DNA from: Lepidodermella squamata
Lineage: Eukaryota; Animalia; Gastrotricha
Assembly: GCA_047495785.1 (NCBI GenBank)
Contig: JBLDXI010000015.1
Coordinates: forward strand, 2,790,001-2,854,000
Length of the DNA stretch: 64,000 nt
Direction: 5' to 3'
Below the pieces are notes generated by a model. It was given only the letters and a program-made list of their open reading frames with translations, ran no database searches and was not told where the DNA came from. Shown here piece after piece: positions 21,163 through 33,500 of this stretch (positions are counted from its first letter, which is position 1; the number at the start of each line of letters is the position of its first letter). The position numbers and the translations under genes are program-made.

Positions 21163-24100
21163 TTAGTCTAGATGCAGGGCGTCCTGAAATAGCTGTGACC
21201 TTTCGATTTCGTTCTGGTGCTTGTTACCGGTCGCGGTTGATGCCGAGGGCAGGCGGCCACAATAGGTCACCTTGCGGCCGGATCCTTCTTGGCCGAGGGC
21301 AGTGTCAAGACGCGGCTCGACATAAGACCATGCGCCCTGATTTTTGTGCTCCTCCTAAAAGTAAAGAAAATTTAATTAGAAAAGATAAAAAAACAAGAAA
21401 CAAAAATAGAAAATTACTAGAATGGGGGTTGTGATCGAAGAGTGCATAATTTAGGTCATTTTTTACCTTTTTCGATCAAACTATACGTTTTTGAAACAAA
21501 TTTGTTTCAGATTTGCACCGCGCAAAATGAATGTTTTCTTCAAGGGTAAAAGCAAAACTTTTCACACTGCCTTGTGGCGTAATAGAACTAAATGGCGTAA
21601 CAATGCCGAGGCTGATCATAGAGACTCATTTTTTAGCATTGTGGGCTCGCGAATAACGATGAGTCAACACTTCAAATCCTCTCGAATTTGAAAAATTGCG
21701 CAAAGTCTCACTTAAAAAAAATAATTTAGAAAAATCGCACTATCAATCTAAAGCGGTTCAAGATCTAAAGCAGGAGTCTACATGATCGTCTCGGCCTGAT
21801 TAATGATTCGGATTCAAAAGGTCGTTGTTTATTTCACCTTAGTTTCACCTAGGTGTAAACCGCTTCATAGGCTCATGGTCGAAAAAGGACTTCACCATTT
21901 CTATGGAGGCTGATATTCAATAGGCTGATAGCAGAGGAGACATTCATCAGTTCGCTTGCCCTCAAATTTGCTACCGTATAATACCGAATTATAAAGCGGG
22001 ACCGAAATAATGGGCAGGGTTAGACATTTGACCCTCCTAAGAATTTAATGCCTGTTTTACATCGATCTCTGCTCTCAGGTGAGCAGTTTCTTTTTCTTGA
22101 AATGTCCTTCAAAAAGTAGAGGACAGTGTCTATTAATTCGGTATTTATGGTGATCAATTCTCACCTTATCTACTGCTACCGATTTTCTAAAAAATGGGAC
22201 AGCATCGGAATGGAAGCAGTCTAGTTCTATTGTAGTATGCCATTTTAGCGATCGGATAATTTCAGGTGTTTAGACACAATCGAGGAGTTTCAAGAGAAAT
22301 TAATTAGGTTTCTAGTGTTCGCGTGAATCATCCATCAAAAGCACCATGATTTTACTATTTCTGGGGGTAATTTGACCCCCAGTCCGGACTGGGGGTCAAT
22401 TTGTTTCACATTTGTTACGATATTCCAATTATTTGAGCAGAAACATCACTTATTTTAGTGAGTAAACAGATACTATAAGATACTTCGAATTACTTCTTAG
22501 AGTAAACGTGATATTCGCGTAAAATTTTGAAAAAATCCCTTCGATCACCTCATTTTTGGGCAAAATTTTAACTACTCCGTAATAATTCAGATGTATTCCC
22601 AGACAAAGTGAAACAAAGCTCGAACATTTCGAAAAAATTTGATGCACCTTTCGATCACAACCCCCAATGTGATTTAGTTGGTAAATCGGGCAATGTTAAA
22701 ATGAATTTCGTAGCATTGGGTAACTTTGAACGAAGCTATATTTTGCGAAAATCAGCGTTGCCTAATTCAGAATATTTTGATGTTTCTGAGTCAAAGGCTA
22801 AAATGAAGAAGACAATGTCCCCTTAGGATGTCTTAGGATGTGAAGAAGATGTCTAATTGGTCCGCAAATTTTGGCAATTTTCAACATTTTCGCTGATTTT
22901 TGGCAATCCGCATAAAGTAGTGCAAATTAGCCGGTCATTTGACGCTCTTTGCCTGATGGCATAATTTTCTCAGATTTCTTATTGACAGTATAATAATTTT
23001 TCAATTTTGAGAAAATTATGAGCAGACCAGTAATTTTCTAAAACAATTTTAGAAAAATATTAAGGCGCATTATTTTGACCCATCTTGACCCACGAACTAT
23101 ATTCCAAGATGTGTCCAAGATTTCCATGATTTGGAAATCTTGGACACCGCTTTAAGGTTGCAGGTGGATTTCAGAATTTGTTTTTGATGAAAAGATAAAT
23201 GAAAAGATGAGAGAGTAAAATTCTGAAAATTCTACCTTAATATTTTCGAATTCCGATTTAATCATAGAGAACAGAAGTACATGCAAAAATTCATTTAAAT
23301 CGGCGACCCACCTTTCAACGAAAAAATTCTTTGAAAATGAGCTATTTTTGCTAAATTTTTCGCTGAAATTTTTCAGCTTTAGAAGGGTGTCAAGGCATAG
23401 CCGTTGTATATATCGGCCTAGCCTTTTGCAATTTTGAAGTTCAAGACCAGGTCTATTTACCATAAAAAGGGGAATCCGATTTGAAGTAGTAAAGCCGGAG
23501 AAAAGCTTTGCCGAAATTTTGTGGGTTTGCGCGAGAAAAGTGCGCTAAAAAATAACGCGCACTTTGTGAAAAGATCCCGCTTAAAAAAACCGCTTCGAAT
23601 TAATGTTTCAAGTTTCCAGCGTGAGTTTCCTCTCTTGTACTTCTGTTCTCTATGGATTTAATCAATAATTTTTTGTGATAAATTACCTGAAGCCACTGAA
23701 CGTTAGCATTCGGATATTTTCTGAGTTCATTGAGTACCAGGTCGTACGGAAACGGAGCCAATTGTTCAATCCTAACTAGGGCAATATCAGCGTCCAACTT
23801 CTTGACATCTCTCTCGCGCCTCACGTCGAAAAACACTTTGCCAGTGCAAAATAACACCTTCTTGACATTAGCAGCATTCTCCTGTTGGCCAGCCGCGCCT
23901 TGATCGGGTATGAGGCGCTGGAACCGGGTACCAGCGACCATGTCATCGAAAGACGACCTCACTTCCTTATTCCTAAGGCCAGATTTCGGCGTCATCAGGA
24001 CTAAAGGCTTTCGGAATGGGAGGTGAATTTGCCGCCTGAGGATGTGGAAATGATTAGCCGGGGTCGTGCAGTTCGCCACTATCCAATTACACTCCTTCAA

Positions 24101-27100
24101 CTGGCGAATTTCGAAATTTTCATCCAACTCTGGGAAGTGTTCAGGGTTATCGGCGCAAGCTTGGAGGTAACGCTCGAGGCGGGCTGACGAGTGTTCAGGT
24201 CCCATTCCTTCGTAACCATGGGGTAGGAGTAGGACAATGCCCGACTGACGGGTCCATTTCGTTTGACCCGATGAAATGAATTGATCGATTATGCACTGGG
24301 CGTTGTTGGCAAAATCGCCGAATTGAGCCTCCCATAGAACTAGGGCGTTAGGCTCGTGCTGTGAATAGCCTAGTTCGAAGCCGAGAACGGCGAATTCGGA
24401 CAGGGACGAGTTGCAGACTTCGTATTTGACCTGTTTTGGCAGTTCATCAAGCGGTAGGTAGCAACGTTTGTCGACTTGTTGATCGTGGAGTACGTGGTGA
24501 CGCTGCGAAAATGTTCCTCGCTCAACATCCTGACCTGAAAAATATTTGAAATTTAAAATTAAAATTATAAATTATAGATTACAAGCAAAATTTACTGCTA
24601 TTTTCATTAGTTCAAATGATTTTTTAATAGGTACATTTATTAATTAATTTTATGTTGCATTTATTCCGCATTCAGCTTTCAGCGTAAAAAATGGAATAAA
24701 AAATGGATGGCCAAGTGCATACTTAAAATATAGCGTTCCAGAGACTGAATTTGAGGCTGAATTTGTGGCTAAACCTCAAAATATTCGTTTTCGAGTTTCT
24801 AGATATCTTTTGAATTCATTTTTTACTACCTTTCCCGTCTAACTGGATATAGGCGGTCACTTTACGAGTTATACGAGTTATTAATTACAGACCTGATATC
24901 GATTTTACAAATCAGTGATTTTTCCGATCTCAGCAGTCTATAGAGCTAAATTGGAATCAAAATTGGAAAATCAAAATTGGAAAATATACTAAATACAGCG
25001 TGTCCTATAAGTAACGCAAACATAGAAAATGTACCGAAAAGTGATCAGAAACTCTAAAATCTTAGAAAAGCCTAAAAATCGAATCATAGGAATAGTAATC
25101 AAGTACCCATGTCTTTTGTGAATGGGATTAAAAAAATCCGAAGAAATTTGATCCAACCAGATAAAAACCGAAAATTACCGACCAGTTACCATCGGAGTTT
25201 CCAGGGTTTTCTCCGGGTATTATTTTATTTTCTTCGGTAAAATCGTGGATAACGGATGGAAGCCCAGTGGGCTTAATTTCCATAAATTAGGTAGTTCAAT
25301 TTCCTTAAAGAAGATGCAAAATTAAAAAAATGTTAAGCAACTTATGGGACACGCTATACATTGGGTTATCAGGCAGAAACAACAGAAAACAAAAAATCCT
25401 TATGTCATAGGCACTCGTTACCGATCTCGAAAGGAAAAAGTCGAGAACGTAAAAAATCGCTAAAATTTAGTGCTGGCGGCGAAAATATTTACGCCTAAAG
25501 CTGATGTAAATCGAAACAAAAAGGTCATTTTTAAGTGTTAAAAAATCAAAACCCAAAAGCAATGATCCTGTAAATCGATCCATGAGAAATATGGTAATCT
25601 GCTGGCTCACCTGAAAGTCTAACATGAGTGCCTTCCATTAGAAGCGACCCAAACGCCATCGATTCAGCAACTGGCCAATCAACCCATCGCTCATCGATCA
25701 TTTTTCGCCACTGTTCCAGCAGTTTAACCAGACCTCGATGCAACGTGAACCCATCACCGGGAATTTCGCTGATTTTCAGCCCAATCTGCTTTAAAATCGA
25801 CTCGTCAACACCAGTCACCGGTAATTTATTCTGATCGCGGTTTTCGAAGAAGGACGGCCACGGTGAATCAAGCCAATCGAGCCACCTTAATTTCGCTTTC
25901 TTCGAATTCTGAAACGCCTCATTACACGCAGCTTCGTAGGATTGAACCTCATTATCGAACTCTTCCTTAGTCAACACGCCTTCATCGAACAGCTTTTTCG
26001 AGTAAATGTCCAAAACCTTCGGGTGTTTCTCGATTTTTTGGTACATTAACGGTTGAGTGAACATGGGCTCGTCGGTTTCGTTGTGGCCGTGACGGCGGTA
26101 GCAAACTAGGTCAATTACGCAGTCCTTTTTGAAGGTCGCCCGCCAATCAGCCGCAATCCGGCAAACGTACTCAACCGCCTCCGGGTCGTCGGCATTCACG
26201 TGGAAAATCGGCGCCTTCAACACGTGGGCAACATCCGTGCAGTAGGGCGATGATCGGGACATGCGCGGGTCGGTGGTGAAACCGATTTGATTGTTGACCA
26301 CGATGTGGATAGTGCCATGGGTTGTGTAGTAGGGCAGGTCGGAGAGGTGAAGGGTTTCGTAGACGACGCCCTGTCCGGCGAAGGCTGCGTCGCCGTGCAG
26401 CAGGATCGACATGACTGAGTCGCCTCGTTTGTCGCCTCGGTATCGCATCTCGGCGCGCGCTTTGCCTTGAACGACCGGGTCGACGGCTTCGAGGTGGGAC
26501 GGGTTGGCGACGACTGATAGCTTGATCTTCTTCTGAGTTTGCCTGTAAAAATTAACGAAAAATTAGCAAAATTAGCAACTAAATTGAAAATTATGCTATG
26601 AGAGAGCGGTAATTCAGAGGGAATAAGAAAGCCGAATAAATTTGGTCCAATCGGGTAAAATACCGATAATTACCGAAACAGTTACCATCGGGTAATTACT
26701 GGGTTTTTCCGATAAATATCAAACTTCTTTGTCACGGTAGGTTTATTTGAGAAAAATAGAAAAATTGCCTTGAAAAATTTGCCAAGTCGTAAAATGAGTG
26801 ACTTGTAGGCACCCTAATATATATTAATACAAAGAACCCAGCCTAATTATGCTGATTATGCGTCATTTTTAGGCAAATATTTTTAGACTTGGATTCTATG
26901 GAAAATGACACCTTTCACCCAAGGCAGCGGATTTTACTTATCGTTTAATTCATTTTTCATCTATTTATTTTATCCCAAATTCAAAATTGCTACGAGTAAA
27001 ATCATGTTTCGAAGCTTGTAATAACATCAAAATTTAACTATGCATAGAACGAAATTATTGAATGATTTCTCGGACCGTAACATTGAAAATAAGGGCCATG

Positions 27101-28664
27101 TTTGTTAAAAAAAATACTATGGAATTTCACCTCATTTTGAAGCAATTTTCAATCATGAAATGCCGAAAATATTTAAAAAAAATTCATCCATACGTGCAGG
27201 CAATTGAAGTTCTGATTCGATACCATTTATAAGAATATTTTTTTCGCTGGTAGTAAGAGAGCTCATTTATATTATTTGCGCAAAGCCTCGCAATAATCAT
27301 CATTATGCACGCCGCTATAATGTAATCTGCATTGCCGCCCCTTTATCTATCACTCCCTGATGGTCTAGTGGTTAGGATTCCGCGCTTTCACCGCGGCGGC
27401 CCGGGTTCGATTCCCGGTCTGGGAACAATTTTTATTTTTTTTATTTTTTTTCATTTTTATTTTTTCTTAATAAATTAAGCTTTGATACTACATTGCGAAT
27501 CAAAACCGGAAAAACTGATACGAATAAAAAGAAATATTTTTGTTTGATTGAAATTTTGAGCGATTTGTAATAATTATTCGATATGTTTGAAAAATGAGAA
27601 AAATACCTGTTGATGCGTTCATGGCAGGTTCCAAGATGGTACTTGACATCACCTGAGCCGGTATCTTGCGTCTCGACATGCGGATCAAACTGGCAAAACA
27701 GCTGCTCCAACGGCTTCCGGCAAACATTGGCCAGCACGTTCAACCGGCCTCGATGCGACATGCCGATGACAAAAGACGAAACGCCGTGCTGACTCGACCT
27801 ATCAATGATGGTCTTCATCGACGGTATCAACACCTCACAGCCCTCGAGGCCGAACCGCTTCTCAGCCGGCCATTTTTTCGCGAGAAACTGCTCGAACATG
27901 GTCGACCGAATCAGCCGGGCTAAAATCAGCTTTTTCTCTCCATTTTTCAGCGAGGAATACACGACATTAGGCGCCTCGAATCGCTGCTTCAGCCAATGAA
28001 TCATCTCGCCGCTGTTGACCGACGGAAATTCAACGCCGATGTGGTTGCAATAGGCTGATTGAAGGCGGTCCATGATTTCCCGCAGCGTCAAATCCGCCTC
28101 GCCGTGGCCACCAATGTAAGTCGCGACATTTGACACCCGGAAAACCCGGTCTAGATCCTTCTCCGAGAAGCCGTACGTCTCGAGTTTCAACTCGTCATGG
28201 CTATCATCGCTCAAATCAGCCGAGGCGATGCCTAATGGGTCCAACTTCGCGATTCGATGACCCTTTAATTGATAGTAACGAATTATGGCTTGAACGTTAA
28301 GGTGGTCGGTGATGATTCTCTCAACTTCAGCCTGGTTTGAAATCGAAATTTGAGGCGGTGGTGCGCTGAGGGCCTGCTGCAGGGTGGCTACACGTTCTTG
28401 CCCTAGTTTCGTCAGCAAATTATAGGGTGACACATAGTCGGAGCCGCTTTGAATCGCCCGGAAGTAGGCGTCCCATGATTTGTTGACGCTTTTCGGGTCT
28501 TCGAGCCAGGATTCGTATAAACTGTCGATGTAATTGCCATTCGATCCGTTTAGGAAACTTTGCTTTAAAACGGGCGATAACGGCGAGAGGGAGGCCTTAG
28601 ATGAAGCGCTTCGGCGTAGGGTGGCGATCGCCTTTTGATTGGCCGATCGCGCCAATCTAAACAT
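21163..28664 (-). CDS. OGDH: Mitochondrial 2-oxoglutarate dehydrogenase E1; exons 28664..27607, 26542..25611, 24534..23687, 21354..21163 (1009 aa)
   Basis: Mitochondrial presequence, [93 protein letters not shown]. All splice phases are consistent. Confidence 0.97.
21974..22150. mobile_element. Small degenerate MITE (pogo/Tc2-like ends) in OGDH intron 3
   Basis: TA-CCGTATAATACCGAATTA at the left end and TAATTCGGTATTTATGG at the right end form an imperfect inverted pair. Confidence 0.4.
24994..25358. mobile_element. Tc1/mariner-type MITE in OGDH intron 2
   Basis: TA-CAGCGTGTCCTATAAGT...ACTTATGGGACACGCTATA. The internal AATTACCG/GTTACCATCGG block recurs at ~26620-26715 and inverted at ~62460-62565. 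Confidence 0.7.
27354..27425 (+). tRNA. tRNA-Glu (TTC), antisense within OGDH intron 1
   Basis: TCCCTGATGGTCTAGTGGTTAGGATTCCGCGC-TTTCAC-CGCGGCGGCCCGGGTTCGATTCCCGGTCTGGGAA, with intact A and B boxes, anticodon stem CCGCG/CGCGG, and a downstream T-run terminator. Confidence 0.95.
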
Positions 28665-30537
28665 GTTAACAATTTCTAAGAAATTAAATTAAAATTGAAA
28701 AAGACGAAAGTTCAACAAATTTTTTCCTACTGTTGAGTAATCGACATTATGACCGTAATATAATAACAATTGCGTTATTCATTATGATAATTTTAAAGAG
28801 AACTTTGTCGCATTTGGGGACGAAACTATTCAGGGATTTTTCGCGAAACAAACTGGTGTGTAGCGTCTTCTTTTTCTTCTTTTTATCGAGTATAAGAACA
28901 TTAGTTTTTCCGCCGCAAGAAGTTTTACACGGCAAAATTAATCAATAACCGTACTTATATAGAATGTGCCTGTATGGCAAGTTTTTTTCTGTCACACACT
29001 AGGCTATTAACTACTATGCGACGCGTGTAAGATGAATAATGTCTTTCGTCGGGTTAAAAAAATCGATCGCATGTTCAGGCTAATAATCATTCAAGTAGCA
29101 GGTCTTAACCAGCTATAGACGCTGATGCTGATTTGACTATAATTATTTTCGAGCAGCCCAATTAATGTCATGTGAAGTTTGGGCAGTAGTGTTTTATCTG
29201 ACAGATAAGGAACTTGATAAAACGGAAAGGTCAAGCTTGATTACTGTAAAACGCAGTGTAATTGTGTGTATGGTACCCTTAGAAATGTTAGCCTATGCAG
29301 GCGATTAAAAATTCAGAGTTTAATGCTAGAAATTGGGAAATTTTAGCTAAAATTCCACATCCGGTCAGCATTTATTTGACACTAACTTTGAAGTAGTTTG
29401 AGCAATAATAAATTTTCAGAAAAATTGACAAGCGAATTTCGTTTAAAATTTAAAATTCAATATTTTTGTGGGAATTTTTTAGAATAAAATTAAGAATTTC
29501 TATTCTTTAGCCTTTACTAGCTCTGAAAGAGAAAACTGAATCCTGAAGGTAAGTTAACGCAGGGCATCTATTAGCTAAAGTTCAGGTATAAAATCAATTA
29601 ATTTTAGCCGCCTAATTAACCACCAAACTTTTGAAGGCAAATATTGAAACTTCACGACGCCGTTGAATGTGCAAATGAGCGTCTAAAATTAACCGCTATT
29701 TTTTCAAGGTTAGTCTCTAAATTGGCAAAAATCGCATTAAAATAGGACATTTTTGAAAATTTGCTGGAAAATCAGGAAGTACCTAGCCCTAATTGTGTTC
29801 AAATTTCACGATTTGTTGAGGTGAAGCTGATTTTTAATATTCGATATTCAAAAAACTTTCCTTTGTCCAAATTTCGCTCTCGTTACGGAATGGTGGAACT
29901 TTTAGACGAGAACATTTCCCCCGGTGTGGCATTGAAAAATTCAAGGGGCATGGTCATTTGCAAAAGATCTTCGAAGTATTCAGGTTCCTAACAGCATGAC
30001 TTGAACTTCCGCGGCCCGAATTTGACCGTGCGGTAATAAAAATCAATGAGGTCAAAATTTAGCCATTCCTATTTTACGTAATTTTCGCATATAAAGCGTT
30101 TAAAAGCCATTACGCTCACTGCTATATATTGGTATAGAGAAACGCCGGCACAATATAGTTTTCGCTACTAACTGTAGAATATGTATACAAACTCTAATAC
30201 TGGCATATAGAGTGAATGCGAAGCACTGAATAAAACTACACATTTATTCACCCCAGCGATGTAGCTGTACATTTCATCATCACCACCACCAGTTTTACGC
30301 ACGTATTCAACTATAAAAAAGTACCAGAGCAGATACACATATACACAAAATGTTGCGATTATTTTTATTTTTTTTATTGCTAATTTTTTCAAGTATCAAA
30401 ATCAATCAAACTCGACAAAATAATACTTGGGTTTAATAAAATTGCTCAGCTAAAATTATTTGATTAAACTGCGGCGTCACAGCAAGTTATTGTTATCGGT
30501 TCAAAAATATCCTCAGAATCCAAGATTTCCAAGAAGA

Positions 30538-33500
30538 TCAGCAAACACTTGACGGCGTATTCGGCGGCATTTGAAGGCCGGCTAGATAGGCCTCGAGCTG
30601 CTTGCGAAGGTGATCGCGCCAGAATATGTTGCGGCGCATCTGGTCTTCGACGAGGCGCCTCGCTCGCAGCCCGTCGCCGAAATCTCGAATTGTTGTGCGA
30701 GCGAAAACGTCGAATTCGTAGTATTTTGTCCGCGTGCTGAAATACCTGGCAATGTTCACGAACCAGGTCATAAATTTGATCGTTGGACCTCCAAAACTGA
30801 AAAAAATTCGAAATTGCAAAAATTATGGGCACATTTCCTTAATGATAAGTGATTGCCAAGTTTCAATTTTTTGAAATTTTAAAATTCTTGAAAATTAAAT
30901 TTTTTGGATAATGAAAATTCTAAAAATTAAAACTTTTTATTCAATATTCCCGAAATTTAATTTTTTTTTAATTTTAAGAATTTGAAAATATTGAAATTTC
31001 AGTAATTCCAAATTTTTTATTTTTTTTAATTTAAAAAATTTTGATTTCAATTTTTTCAATTTAATTTTTATAATTAATTGTTGAGGACGATTTTAGTTAA
31101 TTGGTTTTGATAAAATGCTTACTATGGCTTCAATTGTTCGAAATTATCTCTCGCCCAGTCCCACATGAAAGCGCGATGAGAGTGCGAGTTGACAGCATAC
31201 GTTGCCATGGTGAGAAAATCCGACGGGTTGTAGTCACCCGTGAATATTTTCTCCATCTCGTGGGCGATGTACGAAAAATGCTTCGTCCTCGCTATCGCAT
31301 AAGTTATCTCCTTCCGAACCTGCTTCAACACCGTCTGCTTCGAAATAGCCTGTAATTCAGCTATACCAGCCTCAGAGTCGTTTGTCTGGATGTAGGCGAT
31401 AAAAGTCGCTCGCCGAAGATCGCGATGAGCCGGCATTTCCCATTTTCGTGTTTTGTAATAGGTGTTTACGTAGCAAGGCGCATCGGTGCCAGGGTCGAAA
31501 AATAAACTCGCCTCGGCTAAAACTGATAGAATTCGCTTATAATTAGGATTAGCCGCCGCTTCAGGCCTCATCGATTGAATGTTGCGAAGCGCAATCAGTC
31601 GAGCGGAACGGATTGTTGTAGACATCCAGTCTCTGAATTTTTGGTACTGGGGAGAGTCCCACAGCATGTGGCTGAGGAATTTAGCTTGTGAAGTGAACGT
31701 ATCCCAAACCAACGGGTGGGTTTCTTTCGCGAGAAAACGGATTGTTCGGAAAGCTGTTTCGTATTTGAGCAGGCCGGCTTTGGCCAGCTCCAAGCAATCA
31801 TCGACTAGGCCAGCTCGGTCAATTGGTTCGAAAGCATTCTAAGGAGAAAAATTGCCATTAAAACTTTCGTAGCAATAAAAATTGGAAAATTACAATATCT
31901 TGAGCCAGTTTATCGCCAAATCTGTTTGGGAGAAAAAAACAAAAATCAGTGATAGGAAAAATATTCAAAATCTAAAGAAAATGAGAAAGATAATATATAA
32001 ATTCAACAAATCAAAGATTTGGGAATCCTAAATGGCTTAGCCAATTACACACCCAAAATTGACGGTTCCAGCCCGATAGTCATCATTATCATTATTCTAC
32101 GCCCGATCCTGATAAATAGATCTGATGATTGAGCGTATTTTGCATTAAGAGCGGCCAATTTAGTGTGCAGAGTCAAAATCGATATCAATTATCGATTAAA
32201 TCAATGGTTTTGCTGATTTTTTCGAAATTGGGTAAATTTAGTGGCGGAACTTCAGTTTTAGTAGTTAGGCTAACATTAATGCGTAAAAGTATGAAAATCG
32301 GTCAAAAAATCGCGATATCGATTTCAATTATCGATTTCACAAATCAGTGATTTCCCCATGGCCGTCTAGGAACCCACCATCGAATAGGTTTTCGACGTAG
32401 GTTAGGGCACCATGTGGATGAAATAAAAATTCCTAGGATCAGGGAGGGCATCAGGGAGTCCGAATATGTACAACTAAAACTAAGGTTCCAGCACCAAATT
32501 AAAGCGGCCTGGCACTAAATTACCCATATTCTTTGCGATTTCGGCATTTTCGGGTTTTAATAGTAGCTGATGCCCTCCCTGATCCTAGGAATTTTTATTT
32601 CATCCACACGGTGCCCTAAGCTACGTAGAAAAACTATCGATGTTGGGTTCCAAGACAGCTGATATCGGGAAAATCACTGATTTGTGAAATCGATAATTGG
32701 AATCGATGTCAGCTCCATAACATGAAGTATAATTCGTAAAGTGACCACTCGTAGCGCGAAATGCGCGTATTATGAAGGTCTATCGGTTAGGAATGAGATA
32801 ACAAAACGTTGAGTTTCTAGTGAAGACTAGATATAGTTTGAAAACCATATTTTCGGAAAATCTACCGCTGGAACCCTAAATTTGGGGTGCCAGCTTGCCA
32901 CACCCATTATTAATTTCTATTTTGAACAATTACGATACTAGAAATTCTCCTACAATTTTTTAAAATTAGGCGAAATTCCGAAAATTTTACTTTTCCCACA
33001 TGGCGACAGGATAGTTCACTCGAAGAAAAGCAGTTTGGTTGATATTGAGTTTCGTTTCCTGCGGCAACTGGCCGGGCATCCGAAGCGTAAAAGTCGCCCT
33101 ATCCGGCGGAAACCACTCCGTTCTAATAGCTCCACTTGGTTCTCGAATATTCAACGGAATCCACCACTTTCGACCCGCCATCGCCAACGCATCACCACTC
33201 GGCTTCCCGTCAAACTTATCCGGATGCCATTGCGGGAGGATGAACGGCTCCTGGCGCAGAACCAGCTCCTCGCCTCCCGCCCCGAGTTGGACGTCAACCA
33301 ACGGGAAGCCTTTCTGTTCAACCCAGGTAGACATAACCTGGCTGACGTTGACACTCGTGTATTCCCGACCTAAGGCTGCCCATAAATCGGAAGTTTTCGC
33401 GTTTTTATACTGAAAAGTTTGCATGTAATCCTGAATTCCAGCCTTAAACTTGCCAGGCCCCATTGAGTTGACCAGCATTCGGATAATAGTCGATCCTTTC

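Noticed and set aside
30168-30392. Hydrophobic 74-aa ORF downstream of the aminopeptidase
   Set aside because: Non-ATG start, AT-rich and no motif; probably 3' UTR or intergenic.
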